A DNA stretch of 64,000 bases from a virus (lineage: Duplodnaviria > Caudoviricetes): positions 1 to 64,000 of the IMG/VR virus record IMGVR_UViG_2643221568_000002. One strand, written 5' to 3'. The notes beneath the pieces were generated by a model. That model made no database searches. It was not told where the DNA came from and saw only the letters and a list, made by a program, of their open reading frames with translations. This document shows, piece by piece, positions 26,467-39,100 of the stretch; position 1 is the stretch's first letter, and each line of letters starts with the position of its first letter. The position numbers and the translations under genes were made by a program.

Positions 26467-28730
26467 TGGTCGGGCTGCGCCGGGCTCTTGGTCCACTTAC
26501 TCTTCCCAGATCGTTGAGGAACCTTGCAAAGGGTAGGAGCAGGGCCAAACAAGTCGATTTGCCAGTCATCACCGCTGATCTCGTTGTTTACGGCGCGAAC
26601 ATCGGCGGCGAGTTTGGGAGCATCAAATTCGATCGGCTTGCTCAAGCCGCGGCTATGGGCGTCAAGGTCGTAATCATCAACGACATGCCGGTCGATCGTG
26701 CCCATGGCATGATGATGGCGATCCTCAACTTCGATACTGACATAGCGCGCGGCAAAGGTGTCCAGCGCGGCATAGGCAATGAACTTTTTCGGCGACTTGC
26801 AAACCTGTATTTGAGCGGCGGCCTGGCACAAGAAACATTCCTCGCATCATCGAATTATGGTTCTCGGCCCGACTTCATCAAGCCGACGCTTGATGCAATG
26901 ATGGCAGAACACCCGAACATCACCTTCTATCATGATGAGCCACTCGTATCCGTTCAGAAGAGTGGCACACGCATTACCAGCCTCAGAACCGCTAAGCGAG
27001 AATACCGGGCGACCACCTACATCGACAATCACTACTGCCTTGATCTTGCACCAGCAGCTGGGTGCGACACCTTTATTGGCCGCGAGTCGTCGGCTGAGTT
27101 TGGTGAAAGCAACGCGGGCATACGGCCCCCAACCAACGCATTCTCCGTCAACATCAGCCCCTACAACATCCCCGGCAACCCGGCCAGCGGGCTCCTTTAC
27201 GGCATTCGTGACGAGGCATATGGCAATGTCGGCGACGCCTCTCTCGATGTCCAGGCTATGGCCTATAGGCAATGGGATTATGCTGCTGCGAATACCCAAA
27301 GCCCAATGCCAGTCGGTTACGATGCTTCGCGATACACTCTCGCCAAACGCAACATTCTAGCACGTGGGCTCACCTCTTTTGCCCAAGTCGTCACGCTCTA
27401 TGTCGTTCGTCATGGCAACGACGTAAACTCGAATGGCGGCAGTTCTGGCGTTGGACAGGCATTCAATTTCACCGGCCCAGAAATCCGCGAGTACATCACC
27501 GCCACACCAGCACGCCGTAAGGAAATCGAAAAGCTCGTAATGGAGTGGTGGCTTGGCTACCTCTATTTCCTGCGCACGGATACCGACCTGCCATCCGCCA
27601 TTCGCACGGGTGCCGCGGCGGTAAGGGTCATGAACACCTCGATTTGGCCTAACACGCCAGACTATCCAGGGTTCAACCCTAATTTCTATGTGAGGCAGGG
27701 ACGGTTGCTGCGCGGCGACAAAGTTTTAACGCAGCAAGACGTTGTGAACGCTCGACCGGCATGGCCGACACCTGATCCATACGAAGCAATTCAAATTGGA
27801 CGCATTACCTATGCCGGAGACCGCCACTGGTCTCGCACGCTGGTGGTGGACGATGCAACCGCAGTCGACGGCAAGCGTGTGGTAAACGAGGGCGGCATGG
27901 CCATCGCCACTCGGGTGGGAGAACCGATCCCAGCATGGGTCTTGTGGCCCAAGAAGAGCCAGTGTTCCAACCTCCTGAGCACGTTCGGAATCAGCGCGTC
28001 GGCCATAGCGCATGGATCCACCCGCATGGAAGGCCTCTCCATGCACTTCGGTGAAGCTTGTGCGGTCCTGGCTTTTATGCAGATCAAAAACCCGAGCCTG
28101 GACATTCAAGATATTCTCGGCAGTTTCGATGCCAACGGAAACTACATCATCAACGAGGCTCGTGTTGCAGAGTTTCGGAAGCTGCTGGACTTCTGGAACG
28201 TCTACGACACCAATGGGGGCGCTGTCGTTCCTGTCCCGTCAACCTATCCTTCGCCAAATGTGCCGCCGAACGTCAACGGTGGCACAGTCACAAGCACCGG
28301 GACGTGGACGACGCCGTCTGGCGCGCCGCAGTTCACTATCCCGTTCGGCTCTGCCGTTGGGCAGGCGGGGGCAACAAAGCGCTTCCAGCCGAAGCTAGAA
28401 CAGACCGGTGTTTACGAGGTCCGTCTAAGTTGGGCGGTATTCACGGGCAATGCCAGAAACACAGCGACGATAGTCCGCGTGGTTCACGCCGGAGGCACAT
28501 TCTCAACAACAAAGAACCAGAACGCTGGGAGCATCGATACGGGTGATTGGGGCTATGTCGGCCCGCGCCCGACGACAGGAACGGCTGCTGAACGTGACGC
28601 TGGCGAGATTGCCGCGTCTCGCTTCACCTTCAATGCCGGCGATCCGAGCGAACACTACGTCGAGATCGAAGTGCCATCGTCAGGGGGGACAGGAACTATC
28701 GCAGCGGTCAAGTTCATCAAAGTCGCATGA
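26466..28730 (+). CDS. Putative tailspike-like protein: FAD-dependent oxidoreductase-like domain plus golvesin/xanthan-lyase-type C-terminal domain
   Basis: DLVVYGANIGG, GRESSAEFGES.AG, YVRQGRLLRG, ISASAIAHGSTRME, GVYEVRLSW...RN....V.HAGG...NQ. Confidence 0.7.
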   Translation: MVGLRRALGPLTLPRSLRNLAKGRSRAKQVDLPVITADLVVYGANIGGEFGSIKFDRLAQAAAMGVKVVIINDMPVDRAHGMMMAILNFDTDIARGKGVQRGIGNELFRRLANLYLSGGLAQETFLASSNYGSRPDFIKPTLDAMMAEHPNITFYHDEPLVSVQKSGTRITSLRTAKREYRATTYIDNHYCLDLAPAAGCDTFIGRESSAEFGESNAGIRPPTNAFSVNISPYNIPGNPASGLLYGIRDEAYGNVGDASLDVQAMAYRQWDYAAANTQSPMPVGYDASRYTLAKRNILARGLTSFAQVVTLYVVRHGNDVNSNGGSSGVGQAFNFTGPEIREYITATPARRKEIEKLVMEWWLGYLYFLRTDTDLPSAIRTGAAAVRVMNTSIWPNTPDYPGFNPNFYVRQGRLLRGDKVLTQQDVVNARPAWPTPDPYEAIQIGRITYAGDRHWSRTLVVDDATAVDGKRVVNEGGMAIATRVGEPIPAWVLWPKKSQCSNLLSTFGISASAIAHGSTRMEGLSMHFGEACAVLAFMQIKNPSLDIQDILGSFDANGNYIINEARVAEFRKLLDFWNVYDTNGGAVVPVPSTYPSPNVPPNVNGGTVTSTGTWTTPSGAPQFTIPFGSAVGQAGATKRFQPKLEQTGVYEVRLSWAVFTGNARNTATIVRVVHAGGTFSTTKNQNAGSIDTGDWGYVGPRPTTGTAAERDAGEIAASRFTFNAGDPSEHYVEIEVPSSGGTGTIAAVKFIKVA

Positions 28731-28898
28731 ACCTCACTAATCTCACCTAGTTTGCCTCGCTCACCTTGAGACTTGCGGGGTTTACTTTTGCTAACCAGTA
28801 TCGAAATCAGGACGCATAAAGTATTATTTCCGGCCCAATAGACTAGACAGGAACTGACCAATCTAGCAGTGTAGCTCCCGATTATATAGCTGGGGACT

Positions 28899-29942
28899 TT
28901 GTCGGTGGGGGAAACTCAAAAGAAGAGGTTGGATTGGGTGGATGCTGCTAAGGGCATATCCATCCTCCTTGTAGCGCTCTACCACATAGGTCTCTATTTA
29001 GAACATGCGGCGTTCAGCGCACGCACCATCGTGGCCATTAATACGCTTCTTCTTCCAATACGCATGCCGGTATTTTTTGTTGCATCGGGGTTTTTCGCAC
29101 GATCAGCAATCGATAAGGACTGGAGCTTCGTGGTGAAGCATAGGATAGCCTTCTACTTCTATCTTTTCCTTATCTGGTCTGTAATACGATTTGCTTTCTT
29201 TGGAGTTGTCCCTAACCCGCGGAACCTCAGTGAAGGAACCGACATCTTATGGTTGGTCCAATCGTTCTTCAGCCCAAGCACAGGAGCATGGTTTCTATGG
29301 GCATTAGGGTTCTTTTTTCTGATTGCAAAACTGCTGCGCACGATAGACCATCGATATGTTCTTGTCGCGGCCGCTCTTGTGTCCGTTTTGGGTTACTCCG
29401 GGACATTGCATATCCCTTTCACTCATGAGAATTTGTTCAAGTACTTCTTCTTCTTTTATGGCGCATGCTTTTACCGAGAAACGTTTGAACGCATGCAGAA
29501 AAATCCTTCTTTGTTAATAATTTTGGGCGGCTGCTTGTTTGTCGTTCTCAGTCTTTTGGCTTATAAATCGCAGTTGTCTTGGATAGATGGTCCTTCCCTC
29601 TTTCTAGCTGCCGTCGCAGCCGTCTTTGCGGTCTCATCCATTTGCGTCCTCGCACAAGGTACCTCTATAAGCCGAGCTTTCGCTTTCCTTGGCACCCACA
29701 CGCTGCCAATCTATGTCATCCACGTGATGGTCGTGGTGGCGTGCATTAGCATAGCTGTAGCTGTTGAGTGGCCACGTTCAGAGATAGCGACGATAACCCT
29801 CTGCTGTTTAACTCTGTTGATCGCAATAGGCACCCCTCTCATGCTCGAGCGACTGATGAACTTCATCGGAATATCGAGCGTGCTGTTTAGGCTTCCTTCA
29901 AGCCGAAAAATGGCGGCGTCCAGCCAGATGCGCCAAGCGTGA
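28899..29942 (+). CDS. Acyltransferase-3 family (polysaccharide O-acyltransferase) moron
   Basis: RLDWVDAAKGISILLVALYH, RMPVFFVASG, WFL, LGTHTLPIYVIH; multi-TM; AT-rich. Confidence 0.9.
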   Translation: MSVGETQKKRLDWVDAAKGISILLVALYHIGLYLEHAAFSARTIVAINTLLLPIRMPVFFVASGFFARSAIDKDWSFVVKHRIAFYFYLFLIWSVIRFAFFGVVPNPRNLSEGTDILWLVQSFFSPSTGAWFLWALGFFFLIAKLLRTIDHRYVLVAAALVSVLGYSGTLHIPFTHENLFKYFFFFYGACFYRETFERMQKNPSLLIILGGCLFVVLSLLAYKSQLSWIDGPSLFLAAVAAVFAVSSICVLAQGTSISRAFAFLGTHTLPIYVIHVMVVVACISIAVAVEWPRSEIATITLCCLTLLIAIGTPLMLERLMNFIGISSVLFRLPSSRKMAASSQMRQA

Positions 29943-30116
29943 GGTAACTGCTTTTCCTACGTCAAGGCTCGATTCGGTGGCCTTTTTTTATACCCGCCCC
30001 ATGGATCGCTGGTTGGCAACAGATCGGGGGCGCTCGAGCGACCACAAGCGGGCAGAACGGAATGTCACGTCCTTCCATTTCAACGTAACGCAATCTATAA
30101 CCGGAGCATCACGCCC

Positions 30117-30154
30117 GCGCATGAGTGCGGCTTCTCGATAGGAGCCCACGCATG
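30117..30154 (+). promoter_or_regulatory. Late-leader switch 2 (darB)
   Basis: GCGCATGAGTGC 30117-30128; alternative stem covers AGGAG and ATG 30152. Confidence 0.85.
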
Positions 30155-33100
30155 CCAATCGTTATCGGACTCGGCGATGATGCCGAGTGGAAAGACCCGC
30201 TCAACCTTTTCGGCGGCGAAGCACCGGGTCTAGCGCCTTTAACCGGTAATGTAGATCAACAAAAAACAGACCAGAATATGCGCGTTTCTATGCCTGAAGG
30301 CATGTCAGAGCGCGATTGGAACGACACCGTCAACACGGTGATTGCCGAGGCCGCGGGCGAGGGCGATGAGGGAATGGCGGGGGTCGCCCACGTCATTCAG
30401 AACCGTTCGAAGATTCGCGGTCAGTCGATCGGCGATGTCGTCAGAGATCCAGACCAGTTCACAGGCTATTCCAAGCCGGGCCCCAAAGCGCAGGAAGCAA
30501 TGCGCGACCCGCAAATGCGGGCGAGGGCGGAGAACATCGTCCGATCGGTGATGGCGGGAAAAGGAGAGGACCCGACTGGCGGCGCAGATCACTACCACGC
30601 CGACTATGTCAGCCCTTATTGGGCGAGGTCCATGGCCGAGACGAAGCGCATCGGCAATCACCTCTACTACAATTCCAAGGCAGGCAATAAGCCGCTCAGC
30701 TCCGAGACCGCGTTCGTTTCAGAGAATGATGGTTTGGGCCTATTGGGGCCGAAAGGCCAGTTTGGAGACCTGCTGAAAGGTGAACCTTCCGGCCAGACGA
30801 AGCCAAAAGGAAGAGGGCTGGCTGACCTGCTCCCCAAGGATCAGTTCGATGCCGATCCCGACAGCGAGAAGAGTTTTGACACGCTGATTTCGAAGCTTCA
30901 GCCTGGGAAGCCCAAGAGCTACATCACCGATATGCAGCCGCAGCTGCGGAATGGCCTGACAGCCATGTTCGAGAACGCGCCGGATTACGTCAGAGAAGGC
31001 CTTGATCTGCTATCTGGCGCGCGCTCGCCAGAACGGCAGGCACAGATCATCGCCGACCATGCCAACAAGTACGGTTTCGATCGTGAAGCTTGGGTTGCCG
31101 ACGTCGAGAAGCTCGGACCGGTAGAGGCAGGAAAGAAATGGCGCCCGCAGTTCAGAGCGATCGGGCTGACGAGAAACATCGGGATGCCGGGGACGTCCAA
31201 ACACCAGACCGGTGAAGCCGGCGATCTGGGCTGGAAGGGCAAAGCCTTCTCCAGCGCGCCGAGGGAAGTCCGCGAGTGGGTCCACGCGAATGCAGGAAAC
31301 TTCGACCTGCGTTTCCCTATGGCGCACGAGCCTTGGCACATCGAGCACATCAATGCTCGCAGCGGAAAGACCGATGGTTCCGCTGTTCTCGCTACCGCTT
31401 TTGTTGACCAAAAAGGCGACGATGCCGACCGCTCACTCAACTCTACGAATAGCGACCAGAACATGAACCGTACTGCTATCGTCATGGACGAAAATTATAA
31501 AGCTGGCGACGCTTTCGGCCTCTTTTCCGGCGCCACGAACCCGCTTGAGGCAGAGGCGAAGGCGACAGCCCAGGCCCGCACCGATGCTGCAGCAGCCGAG
31601 GCGCAGCGGGTCGAGCAAGAGCGCGTCGCGGCAGAAACAGCAGCCAACAATCAGTCCGTTGATGCCCGCATAGCGGACGGCAAGGGTCGCTATGTGGCGG
31701 TCAATGAGAGCGAGCTACCGGACTGGCAGAAGCAGTGGGACGAAAAGAACCGCTCGTCCGGCATCGTTGGCGATATCGTCCGGCGCTTCGGTATGGGCGC
31801 TGGTAGCACCAGCCAGTCCATCAACAACCTCAATCGGCTTATCGTCTCCAAATTGCCTGGTGGCGACGGGATCAACGAGGCGCTCGATGGGATTGACCGC
31901 TGGTGGGCTGGAAAGACCCAGAACGAGCAGACCCAAGAGAGTATCGATCGGATGTCTGGCAGTCTTTCGCCAGAAGGCGAGGCGGCTCGAGAGAAGAAGT
32001 GGTGGGACGAAGAAAACAAGACGCTCGGACCGGCGTGGAAAGATCCGCGAAGCTATATCGGCACCATTGCTGAAAGCGCCCCTGCGACGATTGCCACTAT
32101 GGCACCTTCGGGCCTGCTCGCTCGAGGCTCCTTTATGGCCGCACGGGCAGCTGGCGCAACGGCAGAGGCCGCAGCAGCGACCGCCGCAAAGACAGCAACG
32201 ATCGCCGGGGGCATCTCAGAAGGTCTTTTGGGCGGTGCAGATGCTGCTCTGTCAGTCAAACAGCGCATTGCTGAAATCCCGCGTGAGCAGCTTGTCGCCT
32301 CAGAGGCAGTAAAGCAGCTCGTCCAGGGCGGATTGTCGGAAGACGACGCCATCAAAGCGCTCAGTGAAGATGCTCAGGTGCAGGCCATGCTCACGGCTGG
32401 TGTCATCACCGGAGCCTTTGGCGGTATGGGTGACCGCGCGCTCGCGAAGATCATCGCAGAAGGCGTAGAAGGGGGTATTGCCCGACGGATTGGCGTCGGT
32501 GCGGCGAAGGGAATGGTTGGCGAAGGCATCTTCGAAGAAGCGCCGCAAAGCGCAGGCCAGACCATCGCCGAAAACGCTGCGGTAGCGCGCGTGAAGCCTG
32601 ATCAGGATCTGACGGAAGGTCTGGGCGAATCCGTGGCGAGCGGCGTTGCAGCTGGTGGCGCGATGGGCGGCGGGATGGGTGCCGTCGGGGGCGTCGCTCG
32701 TCCGGCCGCAAGCAACACAGGCGCATCCCCAGAGGCTGGGCAGGCAGCCCCGGAACCAACAGCGCCAGTCGAGCCAGATGACCGCGGACCTCTTCGTCGA
32801 GCAGCTGATCACGGCCAGCAGCGCCAGGCAGACCGCGGGGCAGCCGCGAATGCTGGTGTCCCGATCGATGGCCGTCCCGGCGTCAAATCCACCGTGCGCG
32901 TCGAAGCTGAAGGCGTTGAGCCTTTCATGGGCACGGTTGAAGGTTACGAGGGCGACGAGGCCGTCGTGGTCGATAGCGGAAGCGGGGAAGTCTATCAGGT
33001 GCCGTTGGCGAATCTGACCGAGATTGCCCCTCCGGTCGCTGACTACCAGTATCCGGAAAAATCCCAAGACGGGATGCCTGAGCACTCGGCAGACCCAGCG

Positions 33101-36100
33101 CTGGAGCCATTGCCGCCCATGTCGGCGGAGGTGACGTCAGAAATGCCGCCACGGTCCGAAGATATCCCCGCGACAGAGAAGCGCCCAACAAGGCCGCAGG
33201 CAGGCCAGCGCGTCATTGTTGATGATCCAGCAGCGGGCCGCTTCTCCGCCCGGATTGAGCGATATGAGAACGGTGGTACCGAGGCCGTCGTCGTCGATGA
33301 CGAAGGCAAGCCTTATCAGGTGCCCCTCGAGTCGATGAAGGTCAACGGCCTGACGCCGGCGCAAGTCGAACAACAGGACCTCGAGCGTGATCCGCCTATC
33401 GAGCGAGAGATCGGCGATGCAGGGCCGAACAGCCGAAAGATCGGCGACAAGACTGTCGTTCTGCCGGATGAGAAGCACGCCGCGCTCTACGACCTTGCCC
33501 GCGAGCAGAACGTAGCCAAGCGCTTCTTTGGCACTTCTCAGCTTGAGATGGATAAGGTTTTTCCAGTAGAGCGTAAGCGGCTTGCGAACGAATTTCGCAT
33601 CAAGGTGTCGGATCTGGCGACATTGGCCGATGACTACCGGTACCGGGCAGAGCGAGCCGCTAAACAGGCGAAATCCAAGCTTCCGGTCAACATGCATGCG
33701 GTGAACGATCGCTTGCTGAAACAGCGCCAATCAGCACTGGCGAAAGAGGCCGGTGAAGCACCGGCACCGACCGCCGATGATGGCGCGGCCTGGTGGGACG
33801 TCGATCTAACCGCACAGGATCGCAAGGGCATTCTTGAGCAAGCGGGCGTCAAGCGCTCTGAGCGACTGACATGGGCGGGCATGACGCCGGGCATCCGGAA
33901 GAAGCTCACCGATGTGCGGGACGCGCAGCGCGCCGCGGCGGAAGACGTTGAAACGCTCGCAGGGCAGGGCGAGAGCGCCACCGAAGCGGCAGCAAACGAA
34001 GCGGCCACTTCGCCTACCAATGACCGTCCGGAGCCCACAGAGGCCCAAAAAGAAGCCGGAAACTATAAGGTCGGGCGTCTGAAGCTGGGCGGCCTCGATG
34101 TCTCGATCGAGAACCCCGCTGGATCTACGCGCAAAGGCATATCCTCGTCTGGCAAGGCGTGGTCCGTCGATATGAAGAGCCACTACGGCTACATCCGCGG
34201 AACTGTTGGTCGCGACAAAGACCACATCGACGTCTTCGTCCGTCCTGGTACCGAAACGCTCGACGATTCCTCGCCGATCTTTGTCGTCGATCAGAAAGAC
34301 CCGGCACGTGGTCGCTTTGACGAACACAAGGTCATGGCCGGTTTCGATAACGAAGCGCAGGCACGCGCCGCATATCTCGAAAACTACACCCCTGACTGGA
34401 AGGGGCTGGCAGACATCACCCAGACCACGCTTGGCGACTTCAAGACGTGGTTGAAGTCTGGCAAAACGTCAGACCCCTTCGCACCGAAATGGTTTGCGTC
34501 GCAGGAGAAGGCGGAGGGCTACGTTGCTAAGAACAAGATGGGCGAGACCCACGAGGTTGTTCAGAGAGGCAAGCGCTTCGAAGTTCTGGAGCGCGCGCGC
34601 ACCACGCCAGCGGTCCGCAGCGGGAAAGGCACGGAGCTTGATCCAAACGCTCATCCTTGGTCCGATGTTTGGGGGAACGATGCCGATGCGGTCTCTGACG
34701 CGCTCAGCAGGATCGCCAGCACCAACGGCGGCGACACGCCAATCTCGGATGCTGTAAAGGCCAACGTCGGCAACAAGGAGCTGCTACAGCTTATCGAGCA
34801 GCGTTGGGGCGAAGGCGGCGCAGGTGGCAATCGCTACATGATCGAGACCCGGAAGGGACCGATCGTCACCATCACCCTCGAGAAGGACGGAGGCAACCAA
34901 CGCATCGTTCTTCGTGGGAAGGAACTGGCAGACGCTATTCGAAAGGAGTTTGCAGTTTCGCTCGAGGATATGCAGAGAGCTGCAAAAGAGCGGGAAAAGC
35001 AGGCAGAGACGCCGCAGGAAAAGGCGCAGGAATCATCCGGGGTCGCGGACGATTTGGGCAAGGTGCGCGGCCTTGATGGTCAGACGTATCAGGCTGCTGG
35101 GCAGTCTCTCCCCAAAAAGGGGTTGGCTCCTGCAAACATCGGCGCCGATGGTGTAGTGTATGTCGGTGCCGTAGGCAGCCAGCATTTCGTAATCGCAGAC
35201 AAGCATCACGAGGCCGCGCCTTTTGACAGGGTAGGATTTGTCACGCCGGAGGGTTTGTTTCTTGATCGGAAGCAGGCCTTCGATTGGGTGAATGAGAACG
35301 AAGCTCCCATTCGCTCTCGCGAAAGCATGCCTGGAGAACTGGACGCGCTCGATTACAGGGACAAATCGCGGCAGAAGACTAGACCAGCGGAAGAAAAGCT
35401 GGAAGAGGCCTCCCCGCCTGCCAGTGGGAACAAGATTTTCACCGAGGACGCCGCGGCCAAGGCTCGCGAGCTTCTACGCAAGAAGCTTGGCGTTCGCGAT
35501 TTCTCTGTTGAGCAACAGAACACCGATACTCCTTTTCACACACCTACCAGCCTTATTTCGGAGATCGAGAGCGACCTGCCGAAAGAGCTTATCCAACGTC
35601 TCACTAATGCTGGTGTCCTTCATGTCGGGGTCGCACGGGACATGGGCCCTGGTATAGGCGAAACTGCATGGGCCACATTAGGAGGCACGATCCACCTCGT
35701 AGCCGACCGGATCAGGCAAGGGGCTGGAACAGCAATCCTCTTGCATGAAGCCTTCCATATCGGCCGGAATGAACTCCACAAAGACCCTTCTTGGAAAACT
35801 CTCTATCCTCGTCTTGAAGCACTCTACGAGAGTGATACCAAGGACAGCTTCTTTAACGATGCGCGCGCACACGTCGAGGGTGTTGAGGCCGCCCGTGGCC
35901 CGTATCCGCCGAAGCGAGGCCAACGGCTCGATGTCGAGGAATTTGGCGCTTATGCCGTTCAATATTATGAGCAGGCACCATCGAGCGTGCGGCGGTGGGT
36001 CGATAACCTCATTGGCGCAATCAAATCGTGGCTACTGAGGAGGTTCGGTCGCCAGATCGGCGATGTCACCCCATCTGAACTGCGAGCCTTCGCAATCGCC

Positions 36101-39100
36101 GCTCTTCGCGACTCTGCGGTTAAAGGCGAAGCGAAAGCTACGGCAGATAAGAAGTTTTCCGTCGGGCTTGACGCAGAAGTTATGCAGGCAGGCATCACTC
36201 TGGCTGGCTATCACATCGAAGGCGGATCACGTTCTTTCGAGCGGTACGCGTCAGCGATGCTTGGAGACCTTGGTGAGGGCGTACGTCCTTACCTCAAATC
36301 ATGGTACATGGGGGTTAAGTATGACCCTCGGGCTGCAGCCTTCGACGGAATGTCCAGCGCCACCGAAGTCGAGTCCGCCGACGTTAACACCTTCACTGGA
36401 GCCACCAATGAACCTGAACAATTGGATCGAGCTGGGGCGCCAGCATTGGAAGGAGTTTCTACCGAACCGGTACCGGGAGCTGAAAGCGGCCGGGACGCTG
36501 GACCAAGCGCTGAAGGAGGCCGCAGAACAGACCTATCTGGAAGCCGACCAGCTCGAGAAGAACGGGTACCAGCCGGACGAAGCATGGCAGATGGTGAGGG
36601 AGAATTACCTGTTGCTGCCACCGGAAGGAAGCCAGCAGACCGAGCCGCAAAGCCAGACGTCGCAGGATCTGATGAGCGCGGCTCGCAGCGGACAGAGAAC
36701 CGTCGAGATAAAGTAGAACGCACGGCGGCGGTACCGGCGCAGCAGCGCCCGTCGGACTATGTCATCACAGATAGCGATGCATTGGGCGAGGGCGGTCAGA
36801 AGTCGAAGTTCCGATCGAACGTCGCCGCGATCGAGCTGGTCAAGCAGCTCGACGAGGAGAAGAGGCCAGCCACCCGCGACGAGCAGGCGGTTCTCGCTAA
36901 ATGGGTAGGCTGGGGCGGCTTGCGAGCTGCTTTCCCGCGTGAAGATGGCAGTGTTGCCAAGGGCTGGGAAAAGGAAGCGGCGGAGCTGAAATCGCTGCTG
37001 ACGAAGGAAGAGTATAGCGCCGCCGAGTCATCAACGAGGAACGCGCATTACACGTCGCCTGAAATCGTCGATGCAGCGTGGTCGATTGCGCAGCGCCTTG
37101 GCTTTAAGGGAGGCCAAGTGCTCGAGCCATCCGTTGGAGCTGGAAACTTCCTCGGCTTGATGCCAGGCGAAGTGCGCGGCACCTCTCACGTCACCGGCGT
37201 CGAGCTGGACCGGATCACGGGCAGTATTGCCAAAAACCTCTATCCATCGGCGAACATTCAGGCCCCGATTGGCTTCGAGAAGCTGACCGTCCCCGATTCC
37301 TACTTCGATCTGGCGATCGGCAATCCGCCCTTCGGTTCCGAAAAGCTCTATGACAAAGAGCGGACGCATCTCAACAAGCTGTCGATCCATAATTTCTTCT
37401 TTGCCAAGGCGATCGAGACTTTGCGACCAGGTGGCATCCTTGCGATGGTCGTTACCAACCGGTTCTTGGACGGCCAGTCAGCAGCAGCGCGCAACCTCAT
37501 CCAATCCAAGGCGGATTTCATCGGCGCTATCCGTCTGCCGAATGACGCGTTCTTGAAGAACGCCGGTACCGAAGTCACGACGGACATCGTCATTCTACAA
37601 CGCCGAGAAGCCGGCGCAGCCCCGAAGGGCAGCGATTGGCTCGAAGTCGTCGACTATCGCGGCAGGGACGGCAACGTCGTACCTCTCAACAAGTATTTCG
37701 TCGAAAATCCCGACATGATGCTGGGCGAGTTCGGCGGCTACGGCTCTATGTACGGTCCTAACGAGCCCGCCTTGATCGCTCGAGGCGGTCAGAACACCGC
37801 GGCGGAGCTGGCGAAGGCTGTTGAGAAGCTTCCCCAAGACATCATGGGCGATACTGTGCCCATGAGGGTGACAGAAACAGTCACCGTGCCGGAAACTGTC
37901 AACGACGTCCAGGTGGGCACGATGTTCTCCGCCCCGGACGGATCAATTCATCTTCGCACCCCTGATCACATCGGCCAGCCCACATCCAAGGCAGTCGATT
38001 TCGCCAACGAGACGGCGAAAGAGCGCGTCGCTGGAATGGTCAGAGTGAGGGATGCTTTTGCCAAGCTGAGACGCGCTCAGATTAGTGATACCGCATCGGA
38101 TCAGCAGATTGATAACCTGCGAAAAAGGTTGAATACCTTCTACGATGCCTTTGTAAACAAACACGGACCTATCAACAGCGACGCAAACAAGCGACTATTC
38201 CGAGACGATCCGACGTGGCCGCAAATCAGCGCTCTTGAGCAATCCTTCGACAAGGGTTTGAGCGCGGCACTTGCCAAAAAAACAGGAGAAAAGCCCCGCG
38301 CACCTACTGCGACGAAGGCGGCGATCTTCACGCGGCGGACGCAGCAGCCCTATAAGCGGCCAACCAGCGCAAGCAGCGCGAAAGATGCGCTTGCGACGGT
38401 TCTCAATGACTATGGTCGGGTCAACCTCGCGGCCATGTCAGACCTATATGGCAAGTCGCAAGAAGCCACCGTTGAAGAGTTGGGGGCTCTCATCTTTAAG
38501 ACGCCTTCGGGCGCCTATGAGACAGCAGATCAATATCTTTCTGGCAATGTGAAGCAAAAGCTTGCAGAGGCCGAACGCGCCGCCGAGCAGGATCCGGAAT
38601 ACCGCCGCAATGTGAATGCGCTGCGCGACGTGATCCCAGCCGACATCGAGGCGATCGATATCGATGTGAAGCCAGGCGCTCCATGGTTGCCAGCGAACCA
38701 TGTCGAAGACTTCATTGCTCACATCGCTCAGGGAGCGGTAAAGCCGCGCGCCTATTATTCCGTTGCGAATGCGAAGTGGGACCTCACGGTCTCGCAAGTC
38801 ACGCCGGCGGCGCAGACACTTTGGGGGACTGACAGAGCTGGCGTAGGGACCGTCCTGAGTGCTGTGATGAACGGTCAGACCATCACGATCTCCGACAGAA
38901 CGTCAGACGGCAAGACCATCATTGATCAGCCTGCAACCGACGCAGCAAATGAGAAGGTGGAGCGCGTAAAGGCCGAATGGCGTAAGTGGCTCTGGCAGGA
39001 TGACAAACGCCGCGATGATTTGGCGCGGCTCTATAACGACACGTTCAATACCGATGTCATCCAGCAATTCGATGGGGCACACCTTACGTTGCCGGGCAAG

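Noticed and set aside
30125-30151. GTG starts at 30125, 55913 and 55825 from the ORF track
   Set aside because: They fall inside the leader motif; SD-preceded ATGs lie at 30152, 55940 and 55792
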